Shown here one piece after another: positions 26,501 through 37,222 of a stretch of DNA of 64,000 nucleotides. Position numbers and translations under genes: made by a program. The stretch comes from Macrostomum lignano (Eukaryota): assembly GCA_002269645.1 (NCBI GenBank), contig NIVC01004114.1, positions 1 through 64,000 of the forward strand. The letters are read 5' to 3'. The notes beneath the pieces were generated by a model. That model made no database searches, was not told the origin of the DNA, and worked only from the letters and a program-made list of their open reading frames with translations. How positions within the stretch are numbered: the stretch's first letter is position 1; every line of letters starts with the position of its first letter.

Positions 26501-27451
26501 TTTCAGAGTACTTATTGTACTTCAGTGTGGTGTCTTAGAGTACCTATTGCATTTTAATGTGGTGTTTCAGAGTACTTATTGTACTTTAGAGTGATGTCTC
26601 AGAGTACTTATTGTACTTTAGAGTGATGTCTCAGAGTACTCATGTACTTCTGTGTGGAGTTTCAGAGTACTTATTGTACTTCAGTGTGGTGTCTTAGAGT
26701 ACCTATTGCATTTTAATGTGGTGTTTCAGAGTACTTATTGTACTTCATTGTGGTGTCTCAGAGTACCTATTGCATTTTAATGTGGTGTCTTATTGTACTT
26801 CAGTGTGGTGTCTTAGAGTATTTATTGCATTTTAATGTGGTGTCTCAGAGTACTTATTGTACTTCAGTTTGGTGTCTCAGAGTACCTATTGCATTTTAAT
26901 GTGGTGTCTCAGAGTACTTATTGTACTTCAGTGTGGTGTCTCAGAGTACTTATTGTACTTTAGAGTGATTCAGTGAGAGTGAGTTTATAGTTCTGATTGA
27001 AGTTGTTAATTCAGTTAAATACTCAAACCATGAGATGCAGTATACTAATAATTTGCGATGCAAACAAACAGAAATTGCCTACCTCTGATAGGGCAGGACA
27101 TTGGCATTGGTAGGATTAGGAAAGACCCTCTTCTGGGCGTCAATACGATCTAAATACTCTTTTATGGGCACGCTAGAATTAGGCGGAATGTACACCTTGA
27201 GCACAACATCGCCTTCCGAGTGTCTGAAAATAAGCGGTAAACAAGTAGAAACTGTCTGTAATACTGAAAAATATTTGCAGTAATTAAACATCACTAAACT
27301 TGACATTTAGAACATACCTCGATCGAACAACTTTAAAAAATGCAGTCTCTTTAAGCTTAGTCTGCAGTTCGTACTCAGTGAGATCTTGCAAGCATTGGTT
27401 ATACTTATTATTGACTTCCGCGCTGCTAACACTGCCAACTTGATTGCCCAT
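14776..27451 (-). CDS. PIK3R4: Phosphoinositide 3-kinase regulatory subunit 4 (VPS15): kinase-like domain, HEAT repeats, WD40; 13 exons, ~1474 aa
   Basis: Exons 27318-27451, 27083-27223, 25863-26319, 25270-25446, 24330-24508, 22988-23207, 21253-21675, 19810-20123, 18981-19390, 17596-18515, 16719-17000, 15533-15862, 14776-15213. Phases are consistent (4425 nt). Motifs: MGNQ myristoylation start, [38 protein letters not shown]-terminal DGVIKYWK. Confidence 0.97.
15240..15470. repeat. Short minisatellite, ~30 bp unit (gggattttgtaggttttatccc), VPS15 intron 12
   Basis: Degenerate tandem copies. Confidence 0.8.
15890..16690. repeat. Minisatellite, ~40 bp unit (gggattttgggatcgaaactcgatttaaggatttcgaaat), VPS15 intron 11
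   Basis: Tandem copies with higher-order blocks. Confidence 0.95.
17040..17590. repeat. CA/CAGA-rich compound microsatellite with a pure (CA)n tract, VPS15 intron 10
   Basis: cacacaggcaga/cacagacaga units ending in (ca)n at ~17545-17588. Confidence 0.95.
18580..18960. repeat. Minisatellite, 29 bp unit (cagcaactgaggatctgggaggctggccc), VPS15 intron 9
   Basis: Tandem copies; same unit as 42320-42932. Confidence 0.97.
19405..19620. repeat. Minisatellite, ~25 bp unit (gggggaatttagtggcgattctttt), VPS15 intron 8
   Basis: Tandem copies. Confidence 0.9.
20185..21225. repeat. Minisatellite, 20 bp unit (gacaccatagcaaccaatca), VPS15 intron 7, interrupted at ~20550-20890
   Basis: Two tracts of the same unit flank a non-repeat insert. 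Confidence 0.95.
20564..20884. mobile_element. Probable small TIR element inserted into the 20 bp array
   Basis: Left end cacaagatgggccact; right end reverse complement ccctagataggccact; TA-rich flanks. Confidence 0.45.
21709..22691 (+). mobile_element. Probable solo LTR (~980 bp) in VPS15 intron 6, antisense to the gene
   Basis: Starts TGTAGT and ends GATACT (one change from ..ACA); atag is duplicated at 21705-21708 and 22692-22695; internal ~45 bp duplication; TATAAATA at 22240. Confidence 0.6.
22000..22250 (+). promoter_or_regulatory. LTR U3-like enhancer/promoter: AP-1, CRE and MEF2 consensus cluster plus TATA box
   Basis: TGA(G/C)TCA at 22000, 22044, 22070; TGACGTCA at 22109, 22181; CTAAAAATAG at 22056, 22120, 22192; CTATAAATAG at 22239. 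Confidence 0.55.
22715..22975. repeat. Short degenerate tandem repeat (gatgatgatgaaggataatagagggattctg), VPS15 intron 6
   Basis: A few visible copies. Confidence 0.8.
23370..24280. repeat. Minisatellite, 16-17 bp unit (gaagattcacaagcct), VPS15 intron 5
   Basis: Tandem copies with larger duplicated blocks. Confidence 0.95.
24565..25200. repeat. Minisatellite, 23 bp unit (ggggcatcataaagggtgtcatt), VPS15 intron 4
   Basis: Tandem copies. Confidence 0.96.
26335..26970. repeat. Minisatellite, ~32 bp unit (gtgatgtctcagagtacttattgtactttaga), VPS15 intron 2
   Basis: Tandem copies run up to the acceptor. Confidence 0.95.
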
Positions 27452-27559
27452 TTGCTTTGGGTATTTATTTGCTTTATTAGTAGTGCACCGCGTACTCTGT
27501 ATTGCCGATGACAGATGCACCCCGTGTCTCAACTGTTAGCCAGAAATGTTGACCAGATT

Positions 27560-29590
27560 TAGGGGGCGGATTTCAGATGGAGTTTCTGAGGGGAGGGCGG
27601 ATTTTAGATGGAGTTTCTGAGGGGAGGGCGGATTTTAGATGGAGTTTCTGAGGGGAGGATCTTAGATGTAGTTACTGAGGTGGGGGGCGGATTTTAGATG
27701 TAGTTACTGAGGGGGGGGGTGGATTTTAGATGTAGTTACTGAGGGGGCGGATTTTAGATGTAGTTACTGAGGGGGGGGGAGGATTTTAGATGTAGTTACT
27801 GAGGGGGCGGATTTTAGATGTAGTTACTGAGGGGGGCGGATTTTAGATGGAGTTTCTGAGGGGGGCGGATTTTAGATGGAGTTTCTGAGGGGGAGGGCGG
27901 ATTTTAGATGTAGTTTCTGAGGGGGGTGGATTTTAGATGTAGTTACTGAGGGGGAGGGTGGATTTTAGATTTAGTTTCTGAGGGGGGGGCGGATTTTAGA
28001 TTGAGTTTCTGAGGGGGGGGGCGGATTTTAGATTGAGTTTCTGAGGGGGCGGATTTAAGATCGAGTTTCTGAGGGGGGGCGGATTTTAGATCGAGTTTCT
28101 GAGGGTGGGGCGGATTTTAGATAGAGTTTCTGAGGGGGGCGGATTTTAGATGGAGTTTCTGAGGGGGGCGGATTTTAGATGGAGTTTCTGAGGGAGGGGG
28201 GCGGATTTTAGATCGATTTTCTAAAGGGGAGCGGATTTTAGATCGAGTTTCTAAGGAGGGCGGATTTTAGCTGTAGTATCCGAGGGGCGGATTTTAGCTG
28301 TAGTATCCGAGGGGTGGGGCAGATTTTAGCTGTAGTATCCGAGGGAGGGGGGCGGATTTGAGCTGTAGTATCTGAGGGGGGCGGATTTTAGCTGTAGTAT
28401 CCGAGGGGGGCGGATTTTAGCTGTAGTATCTGAGGGAGGGGGGCGCGGATTTTAGTTGTAGTATCCGAGGGGGGGGGGCGGATTTTAGCTGTAGTATCCG
28501 AGGGGGGGGGCGAATTTTAGATGGAGTATCCGAGGGAGGCGGATTTTAGCTGTAGTATCCGAGGGGTGGGGCAGATCTTAGCTGTAGTATCCGAGGGAGG
28601 GGGGTGGATTTGAGCTGTAGTATCTGAGGGGGGGCGGATTTTAGCTGTAGTATCCGAGGGGGGCGGATTTTAGCTGTAGTATCTGAGGGGGGGTGCGGAT
28701 TTTAGTTGTAGTATCCGAGGGGGGGCGGATTTTAGCTGTAGTATCCGAGGGGGGGCGGATTTTAGATGGAGTTTCTGAGGGGGGGGCGAATTTTAGATGG
28801 AGTATCCGAGGGGGGCGGATTTTAGCTGTAGTATCCGAGGGGTGGGGCAGATTTTAGCTGTAGTATCCGAGGGAGGGGGGCGGATTTGAGCTGTAGTATC
28901 CGAGGGGGGCGGATTTTAGCTGTAGTATCCGAGAGGGGCCGGATTTTAGCTGTAGTATCCGAGGGGGCGGATTTTAGCTGTAGTATCTGAGGGGGCGGAT
29001 TTTAGCTGTAGTATCCGAGGGGGCGGATTTTAGCTGTAGTATCTGAGGGGGCGGATTTTAGCTGTAGTATCCGAGAGGGGGGCGGATTTTAGCTGTAGTA
29101 TCCGAGAGGGGCCGGATTTTAGCTGTAGTATCCGAGGGGGCGGATTTTAGCTGTAGTATCCGATAGGGGGGCGGATTTTAGCTGTAGTATCTGAGTATCT
29201 GAGGGGGGCGGATTTTAGCTGTAGTATCCGAGAGGGGGGCGGATTTTAGCTGTAGTATCCGAGAGGGGCCGGATTTTAGCTGTAGTATCCGAGGGGGCGG
29301 ATTTTAGCTGTAGTATCCGAGGGGGCGGATTTTAGCTGTAGTATCCGAGAGGGGGCGGATTTTAGCTGTAGTATCTGAGTATCTGAGGGGGGCGGATTTT
29401 AGCTGTAGTATCTGAGGGGGGCGGACTTTTGATGGAATTTCTGAGGAGGAAGCAAATTGTAGGAGGATTTTTAATGGAGTCTTTGGAGGGGGGCGGATTT
29501 TAGATTGAGTTTCTGAAGGGTGGGGCGTATTTTGATGGAGTTTTTGAAGGGTGGGGGCGGATTTTTGATGGAGTTTCTGGGGGTGGGTTT
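27560..29590. repeat. G-run minisatellite, ~30 bp unit (ggggggcggattttagctgtagtatccga), upstream of the VPS15 ATG
   Basis: 2 kb array with a variant gradient (gatggagtttctga to gctgtagtatccga). Confidence 0.97.
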
Positions 29591-30584
29591 TACACGATGT
29601 GTTCAACCGCGTGCAAATTGGAACTAAAATTTTAAATTTTAACAAACTCGAGAAGAAAATGATTCGAACACCAGAGAAGTCGCAGTGCAAATCAGCTAGC
29701 AAATTATTTATGACATAATGTAGCAGGGACAATAAAACTTTACGCATAGAAATACACTTTTATAAAGATAAATTGTTAAATTAATTTTGCAACAATTGAA
29801 TTAGGCTGCATCATTGTGTCTGAAACCTAATGCAGAATTTAATTAATTCTAGGATGCGGGTGCACACTGGAAGGCAGTAAGATGTTTTTTATTTAATTGT
29901 AAACATTTTAAAACAAATTAAAAATAGCATTAGTAGATTAATAGTTAACTACTCATATCGAACCTTATGACATCATAATCGACTAAACACTACGGTTTAC
30001 ATTTGATCAATAAAGTCTTTTTCTCAGAAAGATAGAACCTTAAACAAACCGAATCTAGAAAGGAATATGAACAAAATTCATTATCTCATTTATCAAATTG
30101 ATTTCTGTTCAAGACTAGTCAATACGATATCATGTGTTTTTTATTTAGACACAAGGGCAAAGGGGACAAATAGAGGTCAGACACAATTTGGTCACTTTGG
30201 CCGTCACATATTGCCTTTGAGTTTATTTTTGTTTTTTTAAACTGCAACAAGGTAGGAAGCAACCTAATTAGCATAATTTATGCGGTAGAGAGCTGCCTGC
30301 CGCTGGAGAAAAAGTTCTGAATAAATTTCAAATAGCAACAACTTTGCTCGATGCAATATGTATATATTATATATTCTACTTATGCACACGGAACTGGCAT
30401 ATGTAGCGCGTTTTTGTGCTGAATTTTATACCAAATTATTATTATAAGCAGCATCAAACTCATTCGCCAACAATATGAAAGGAAACAATTTGAAAACAGA
30501 AATAAGGACAAGATTTTCCTTTTTATACCCGACATATAGCATGAAGTAACATTATAGTTATTAATATTCTCTAAAAACTCAGGA

Positions 30585-31585
30585 TTACTGAAGTTCGGCA
30601 GTCACACAGAATCCTTCAGGATTACTGAAGTTCAGCAATCACAGAATCCTTCAGGATTACTGAAGTTCGGCAGTCACACAGAATCCTTCAGGATTACTGA
30701 AGTTCGGCAGTCACACAGAATCCTTCAGGATTACTGAAGTTCGGCAGTCACACAGAATCCTTCAGGATTACTGAAGTTCGGCAGTCACACAGAATCCTTC
30801 AGGATTACTGAAGTTCGGCAGTCACACAGAATCCTTCAGGATTACTGAAGTTCGGCAGTCACACAGAATCCTTCAGGATTACTGAAGTTCGGCAGTCACA
30901 CGGAATCCTTCAGGATTACTGAAGTTCGGCAGTCACACAGAATCCTTCAGGATTACTGAAGTTCAGCAATCACAGAATCCTTCAGGATTACTGAAGTTCG
31001 GCAGCCAGACAGAATCCTTCAGGATTACTGAAGTTCGGCAGTCACACAGAATCCTTCAGGATTACTGAAGTTCGGCAGTCACACAGAATCCTTCAGGATT
31101 ACTGAAGTTCGGCAGTCACACAGAATCCTTCAGGATTACTGAAGTTCGGCAGTCACACAGAATCCTTCAGGATTACTGAAGTTCGGCAGTCACACAGAAT
31201 CCTTCAGGATTACTGAAGTTCAGCAATCACAGAATCCTTCAGGATTACTGAAGTTCGGCAGCCAGACAGAATCCTTCAAGATTACTGAAGTTCGGCAGTC
31301 ACACAGAATCCTTCAGGATTACTGAAGTTCGGCAGTCACACAGAATCCTTCAGGATTACTGAAGTTCGGCAGTCACACAGAATCCTTCATCAGGATTACT
31401 GAAGTTCGGCAGTCACACAGAATCCTTCAGGATTACTGAAGTTCGGCAGTCACACAGAATCCTTCAGGATTACTGAAGTTCGGCAGTCACACAGAATCCT
31501 TCATCAGGATTACTGAAGTTCGGCAGTCACACAGAATCCTTCAGGATTACTGAAGTTCGGCAGTCACACAGAATCCTTTAGGATT
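30585..31585. repeat. Homogeneous minisatellite, 37 bp unit (ggattactgaagttcggcagtcacacagaatccttca), 3' of RER1
   Basis: About 26 near-identical copies. Confidence 0.98.
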
Positions 31586-31743
31586 CTTAAGGCTTGAAAT
31601 CAACAGCAAAAGCCTCCCAAGTTTACCATCACCAACACCCACTTCAAAGGACTATTATTAACGTACAAAACAGAGAGTTACCATGTTAAAAAGACAAATC
31701 ATGCATATTATAAGTTGCACAGAGTGCAGTCAGACTCGACCAG

Positions 31744-33844
31744 TTAGGACTTAGCGGCGTGCTGACTTCCAACAGGACTTGCATTGTCCTCGCGTCCTTT
31801 GTGCTGCGGCTTGCCGTAGGTGAACGGAATATAACGATGCTTGATCATGTGCTGAGGGGGGGGGGCAATTGAGTTATAAATCATCTTCTTCTTCACTCTA
31901 GCTTCTGTAATTATATAGACAATTTTACCAGACGTGAACTTTCTCACCTTAATCTGTCGCTTCATAGTCAGAGTGAATAGCAAGAAAAAGTACATAACTA
32001 GTATGGGCCAGAATACTGGTATGTCGAATGCCGGCACCAGAGTACAGAACAGGGAGATCACTGTGGCCCTGGTTGAAGAGTACCTGACATGGTGTTGTGC
32101 AAGTTGTGTACTTTTATTTAATTCGAATTCGTAAATCCTTTACTAGACAGCACTTTCCATTCCCTGAGCACATACAAAAAGGCAAGCTCACATACACAAG
32201 CTCACGCAGGGTGTACTGTATCAGCTGTTTGACCTTCTAATAGTCAGTAAAAGTAATAAGCGATTGCACCTCAATTACCCCAGCTAATGCTGGCACCCAT
32301 TTTACAGCTGGCTGAACTGAAGCAATGCAGAGAGTTAAGTATCTTGGTCAAGGACACAAATTGTTAAAACTCGGTCGAGAATCGAACCCCCGACCTTTCG
32401 GTTGTAAGTCAATACTACATTCGATTCAATACTGAGTAAATTTTCTTACAATCGACAAAATAACACTCAGTGAGCATGAGCACGCCCCCAAAGCCCCCTA
32501 CTACAGCCTGCCTACCAGAACTTGAACTCCGGCAATCTTCGAATGAACGGCCGAAACTCTTCGCTGGCCCTGGTTGGCAGGCTGGGCCCGTCTTCGTCCA
32601 GCGACACGGCGTCCATTGGGGTCAGAAAACCAATTAGCAGGTTTAATAGGTAGATACCCAATGCGTAGGCGATTATGTAGAATCCCTGCGAGAATTGAAT
32701 TAAGGCAAATGTCAATTTATATCACTTTTGATTGCGAATGAAAATTTAATTGGTAAAAGTACACAAGCGTAAAATTAAAATATCCATTATCTCCATCTAG
32801 ATGATGATTTCGAGTGCTCATCACCAGCTAGATGATGATTTCGGGGTGCTCATTATCACACCTGGATGATGATTTCGGGGTGCTCATTATCACACCTGGA
32901 TGATGATTTCAAGGTGTTCATCATCACTGGCCAGCTGGATGATCATTTCGGGGTGTTCATCACTGGCCAGCTGGATGATGATTTCAAGGTGTTCATCATC
33001 ACCAGCTGGATGATGATTTCGGGGTGTTCATCATCACCAGCTGGATGATCATTTCGGGGTGCTTATCATAACAAGCTGAAAAAAATGATTTCGGGGTGCT
33101 TATCATCTCTTCTTGGATGATGATTTCGGGGTGCTCATTATCACCAGCTAGATGATGATTTCAAGGTGTTCATCATCACCAGCTGGATGATCATTTCGGG
33201 GTGCTCATCATCACCAGCTGGATGATCATTTCGGGGTGTTCATCACTGGCCAGCTGGATGATGATTTCAAGGTGTTCATCATCACCAGCTGGATGATGAT
33301 TTCAGGGTGTTCATCATCACCAGCTGGATGATGATTTCGGGGTGTTCATCATCACCAGCTGGATGATCATTTCGGGGTGCTTATCATAACCAGCTGGATG
33401 ATGATTTCGGGGTGCTCATTATCACCAGCTGGATGATCATTTCGGGGTGCTCATCACAAGCTAGATGACGATTTCAGCGTGTTCATCGTCACCACTTTAA
33501 TAATGATTTCGATGTGTTCATCATCTCCAGCTTAATTCTGATTTCGGGGTACTTGAACAACTAAATATTATTATAATTAAAAGCCCTGATTAAGCTCGAC
33601 TCTAATTCCATACACAAACAGACTAAAAGTGGAACATTTGCAACCCCCATAAAAAACTTACCTGCACTAAAATAATTCGCAAAGCAAACAGCAGGAACAG
33701 TAAGCAGAACCCAACCCATCGGCCAGTAGTGAATGGTGTGCACTTGTCTAGAGCTGCTTGGTATCGCATAGAAATATTGTGCCAGAATGCCGACACAGCC
33801 GATGGTGGTTTAGTGGCTTGCTCACTTTTCAAATCGTCAATCAT
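31744..33844 (-). CDS. RER1: Protein RER1 (Golgi-to-ER retrieval receptor); 4 exons, 198 aa
   Basis: Exons 33662-33844, 32516-32685, 31948-32083, 31744-31851; phases are consistent. Motifs [73 protein letters not shown]. Confidence 0.97.
32150..32436 (-). mobile_element. Degenerate tRNA-derived SINE with a CORE-like domain in RER1 intron 2
   Basis: Minus strand: B-box-like ggttcgattctc (32377-32388), then gtgtccttgaccaagatacttaac...ccagctgtaaaatggg (32296-32357), resembling the CORE-SINE central domain. Confidence 0.6.
32795..33545. repeat. Quasi-palindromic minisatellite, 35 bp unit (cagctggatgatgatttcggggtgttcatcatcac), RER1 intron 1
   Basis: Tandem copies; gatgatga/tcatcatc arms and a ccagctgg palindrome at unit junctions. 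Confidence 0.95.
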
Positions 33845-34499
33845 GTCTTTTTAGATTTAATAGAATAAAATTTAAAAGCAAACAACACACAGAGAATAAA
33901 ATCTCCTGAATAAACTGCTTAAATATGTTGATATCTTGTGATTTATGGAACTTTTAAACTGGGCATGCATAAAGAAAAGTAAAATTTAGCTAATTAAATA
34001 AGCAAGACAAAACTAGTTATTACCTTAAGCTTAATTTGCAAAGTGCTAATTATATTGTAGCAATAAGTTTATGGCATATTCTATTATTATATACCATAGT
34101 CTAGTCATTGGTGGCCTTTTGGTAGGAAAAATTCCTATAAATATAATGACCCAAATATCGTATACATTATTTTGGCATACAAATATGTAGACTATAGTGT
34201 GAAATACATCTAGAACTATAGTCCATAGTGTCAAATAGAAAGTATAAAGAAAAAATAATTTGTATATTTTAAGCCATACTAGCCTTAACTTTATGAAACA
34301 ATGTGATTACTATTTAAAATATGCCTAGTTAGACTGGATCTCAGTCCTTACACTTATTTAGGAATTAATAGGCCTAGCTCTTATCTAATATCAGAATGAT
34401 TTATTGTTATTTATATAGTAACCACAAATATAAGTTAGGCATAGCTCAAACTATATAATTTATGCATTAAATAATTAGACTTTGGCTTGAGTCAACTTA

Positions 34500-36275
34500 A
34501 CTGACCATGTCTTTGCTGAGTCTCCTGAAATGCCAAAAGCGGTGTTTAGGAAGTTGTTGACTTTTGCTACTTTGGGTATCTTTCTCTTCCAAGACAAATA
34601 CTAATTGCCAAGTTGATAGGTATAATATGGGTAGCCCGCTTGCTCCCACACTGGCTAACATTTGCATGGCACACTGGGAGAAGCAGTGGATGTCTCTTCC
34701 CTGTGCTCCAACCTTCTATAGGAGGTATGTTGATAATACCTTTGCAATCTTCAATGAGGCTAGTAAGCAAAGTCAATTTCTCCAAGTGCTGAACTCTACT
34801 CACCCAAACATTTGGTTCACCATGGAAGGGGATGATAAGAAGTTGCCCTTTCTTGACATTGAGGTTGAGTTGAGTCTGGACACTGTTAGCACTAAGGTGT
34901 ACGGTAAACCCACATTTATTAGTCTCATGTTTAACTTTAATGCATTGTGCCCACACCAATGGAAGGCTGGTCTTGTCCATTGTATGATACACAGAGCATT
35001 CAATATCTGTAGTACCTGGCAATCTTTCCACCAAGAAGTGGTCAAGCTCACTGACATTTTTCAAAGTAATAGTTTCCCTAGGGGTTTTGTTGGTAAAGTG
35101 CTGAATAGATTTCTAACTAAGAAAATGACTGAGTCTAGTTTGACTGACAAAGCTAAAAGGTCAAATTCCAGTGATGTGCTGATCAAACGGGTGCTGACCA
35201 GTTTGGCAACAAACAAATTTGGCAATAGAGATTCACAATGGACTAGTTGGGCAAAAGCAATTTTGGCGACAATCTAGGCAAATTTGGTGACAATTAATGA
35301 AGGAAAAACAATTGCCTATGATTTGGATAATTCTTTTTGTAGAATGGTATTCTATAATGCAGATTAGCTTTCCCTTTTTAACAAAGTGTGTTTTATCTAT
35401 TATAATTTATTCTTATTGAGTTTTAAGTTCTTTCCAAGAAATGTTTGTTAATTTCATATTTCATATTTCCTTTTTCCTTTTCACTTTTCATGGCCCTTTT
35501 TCACTACTCAGATTTCTCAAAATGCAGGATGTCCAATTTAACAAAACACTTTTTTGGTTCCTTTAACATGCTTTTGTGGGCATTATTTCACATTTTTAAA
35601 ACTTTCATCACGTGTATTATAAGAAAGCCTTTTTACATGTAGTTTGCTTTAACTTGTCTTTAGGCTAGCTATAAAAAGGTATCACCAAATTTGCCTAGAT
35701 TGTCGCCGAATTCACTTTTGCCAAATTAGTCCATTGTGAATCTCTGTCGCTGAATTTGTTTGTCGCCAAATTTGCATGTATCTGACCAAACTCCTATTTC
35801 TTGGAACGTTGGTGTCCCATCCCTGACTCTGGAAAAGAGGCTTAAAAGAAATTTCTTGAAGTATTTCAACTCTCAGGTCATGGTTGTGTTTCAGACTGCC
35901 AAAATTGGCCAGTTTGTTAGCAGGTTGAAGTTGAAGGCCCCTAGAGCTCTGTTTACTGGTGTCATCTATCAATTTTGTTGCTCTGGTGATCAGAACATAA
36001 TTTCCTATATAGGAAAAACCAAAAGGCACCTATATACTAGGGCTAGGGAGCATAGAATGAATAACTGCTATGCATCATATACATGATCACTTGCTTAGTT
36101 GTAATGCTTATTGTGAGCATGAGTTGACTAAGCTTTTCACTGTTCTGGATAGATATAGATTTGATAGGCCTAGCAAACTCAGAGTGCTAGAAGCCTTGCA
36201 AATTAAACACCATAAACCTAGTCTAAATACTTAGCTTGTAGGTGGAGGAGTCAGTTTATAGCTCAAAGTTTTCTA
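34500..36275 (+). mobile_element. Decayed, 5'-truncated Penelope-like retroelement (RT + GIY-YIG endonuclease)
   Basis: RT motifs MGSPLAPTLANICM, YRRYVDNTF, LPFLDI, TKVYGKPT, HRAFNICS; GIY-YIG GVIYQFCC...YIGKTKRHLYTRAREH; stops and frameshifts present. Confidence 0.9.
35189..35787. mobile_element. TIR element (~600 bp, ~90 bp imperfect TIRs) nested in the Penelope-like element
   Basis: Left ...gagattcacaatggactag...ggcgacaatctaggcaaatttggtga and its reverse complement at ~35680-35770. The PLE reading frame (VLIK|LxFLG) resumes after it. Flanking near-duplication ctga(t/c)caaac. Confidence 0.75.
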
Positions 36276-37183
36276 GGCTTGGTGTGGGTTTGTGGCATTT
36301 TCCCTGCCAATATTGTTTGCTGTGTTTCTTTGTTCTGTGTGATGGCCTAAAAATTTAATTTATTTTTGTGACAGGCCTTTTGGCTCTGTCTTTCTAAACT
36401 TCTAACTATTAGTGTTTATTAAATGTCCTACAAGCTGCCACCAAGTTGTAACTGGTGTTATTCCTACAGTTATCCTGATTATACTTGTTTTTACTTCCTA
36501 ACTATTTCTTAGAATTTCATTTAAATATTTCTGGGTAGCGTTCTTAGTAGTGTTCTGGTAGCTTATGGCTTGCTTTCTGGTAGCTTATGGCTTGCTTTCT
36601 GGTAGCGTTCTGGTAGCTTATGGCCTGAGTGGTCTAGTACTAGTATATGTATTGATGAATAGTCCTAATCAGGCGTTACCGAGACTAGAGGGTCACGGCG
36701 CCTCTCTTAGTATATCTCCAAGAATTAGTCCCAATCCCCTTCTCTTAGCAAATTTCTTGGAATCATTTCACAGGTTTTGCAAATGAATAAGTCGCTATTT
36801 AGCTCGAAGACTTTGAAATAGTTTTAGATTGAACTGCTTATTCTGTTCGCAATTATTTGCTCACGGGTAAAAGACAGTTGGTTTAGTTGCTATAAAATTG
36901 CTCCTATATATAGTGGTTTCCCCCCATACAATTAAAACAAAAAATAATTCCCCAATTTATTTCACGCAGTAAAACAAAATATTTATCTAGTATTTTGCAC
37001 AAGTTTAGTTTCTAAGAAAACATACCTTTATTGCTCAAAATTTGTACAGTATTGAAGCACTACTACATTTTTGTCTCTTAATATACAATTATCAACCAGA
37101 CTAAACCCATTTGTCTATTTCCCTATACAGCTTTTGACTTTCTTTATTTATTTAAATATTTGGAATTGTGAACCATGAGTGCA

Positions 37184-37222
37184 AGCCCTGAAGATGACCA
37201 CTCATGTCGAAATGCATTGGCT
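37184..37222 (+). ncRNA. Minimal type-I hammerhead ribozyme (Penelope-associated type)
   Basis: agcc-CTGAAGA-t-gac(cactcat)gtc-GAAA-tgca-TT-ggct: stem I agcc/ggct, complete core, stem II gac/gtc, palindromic stem III ATGCAT, predicted cleavage after 37218. Confidence 0.7.

Noticed and set aside
30585-31585. CRISPR-like array (37 bp unit with hairpin)
   Set aside because: No unique spacers and no cas genes; eukaryotic context
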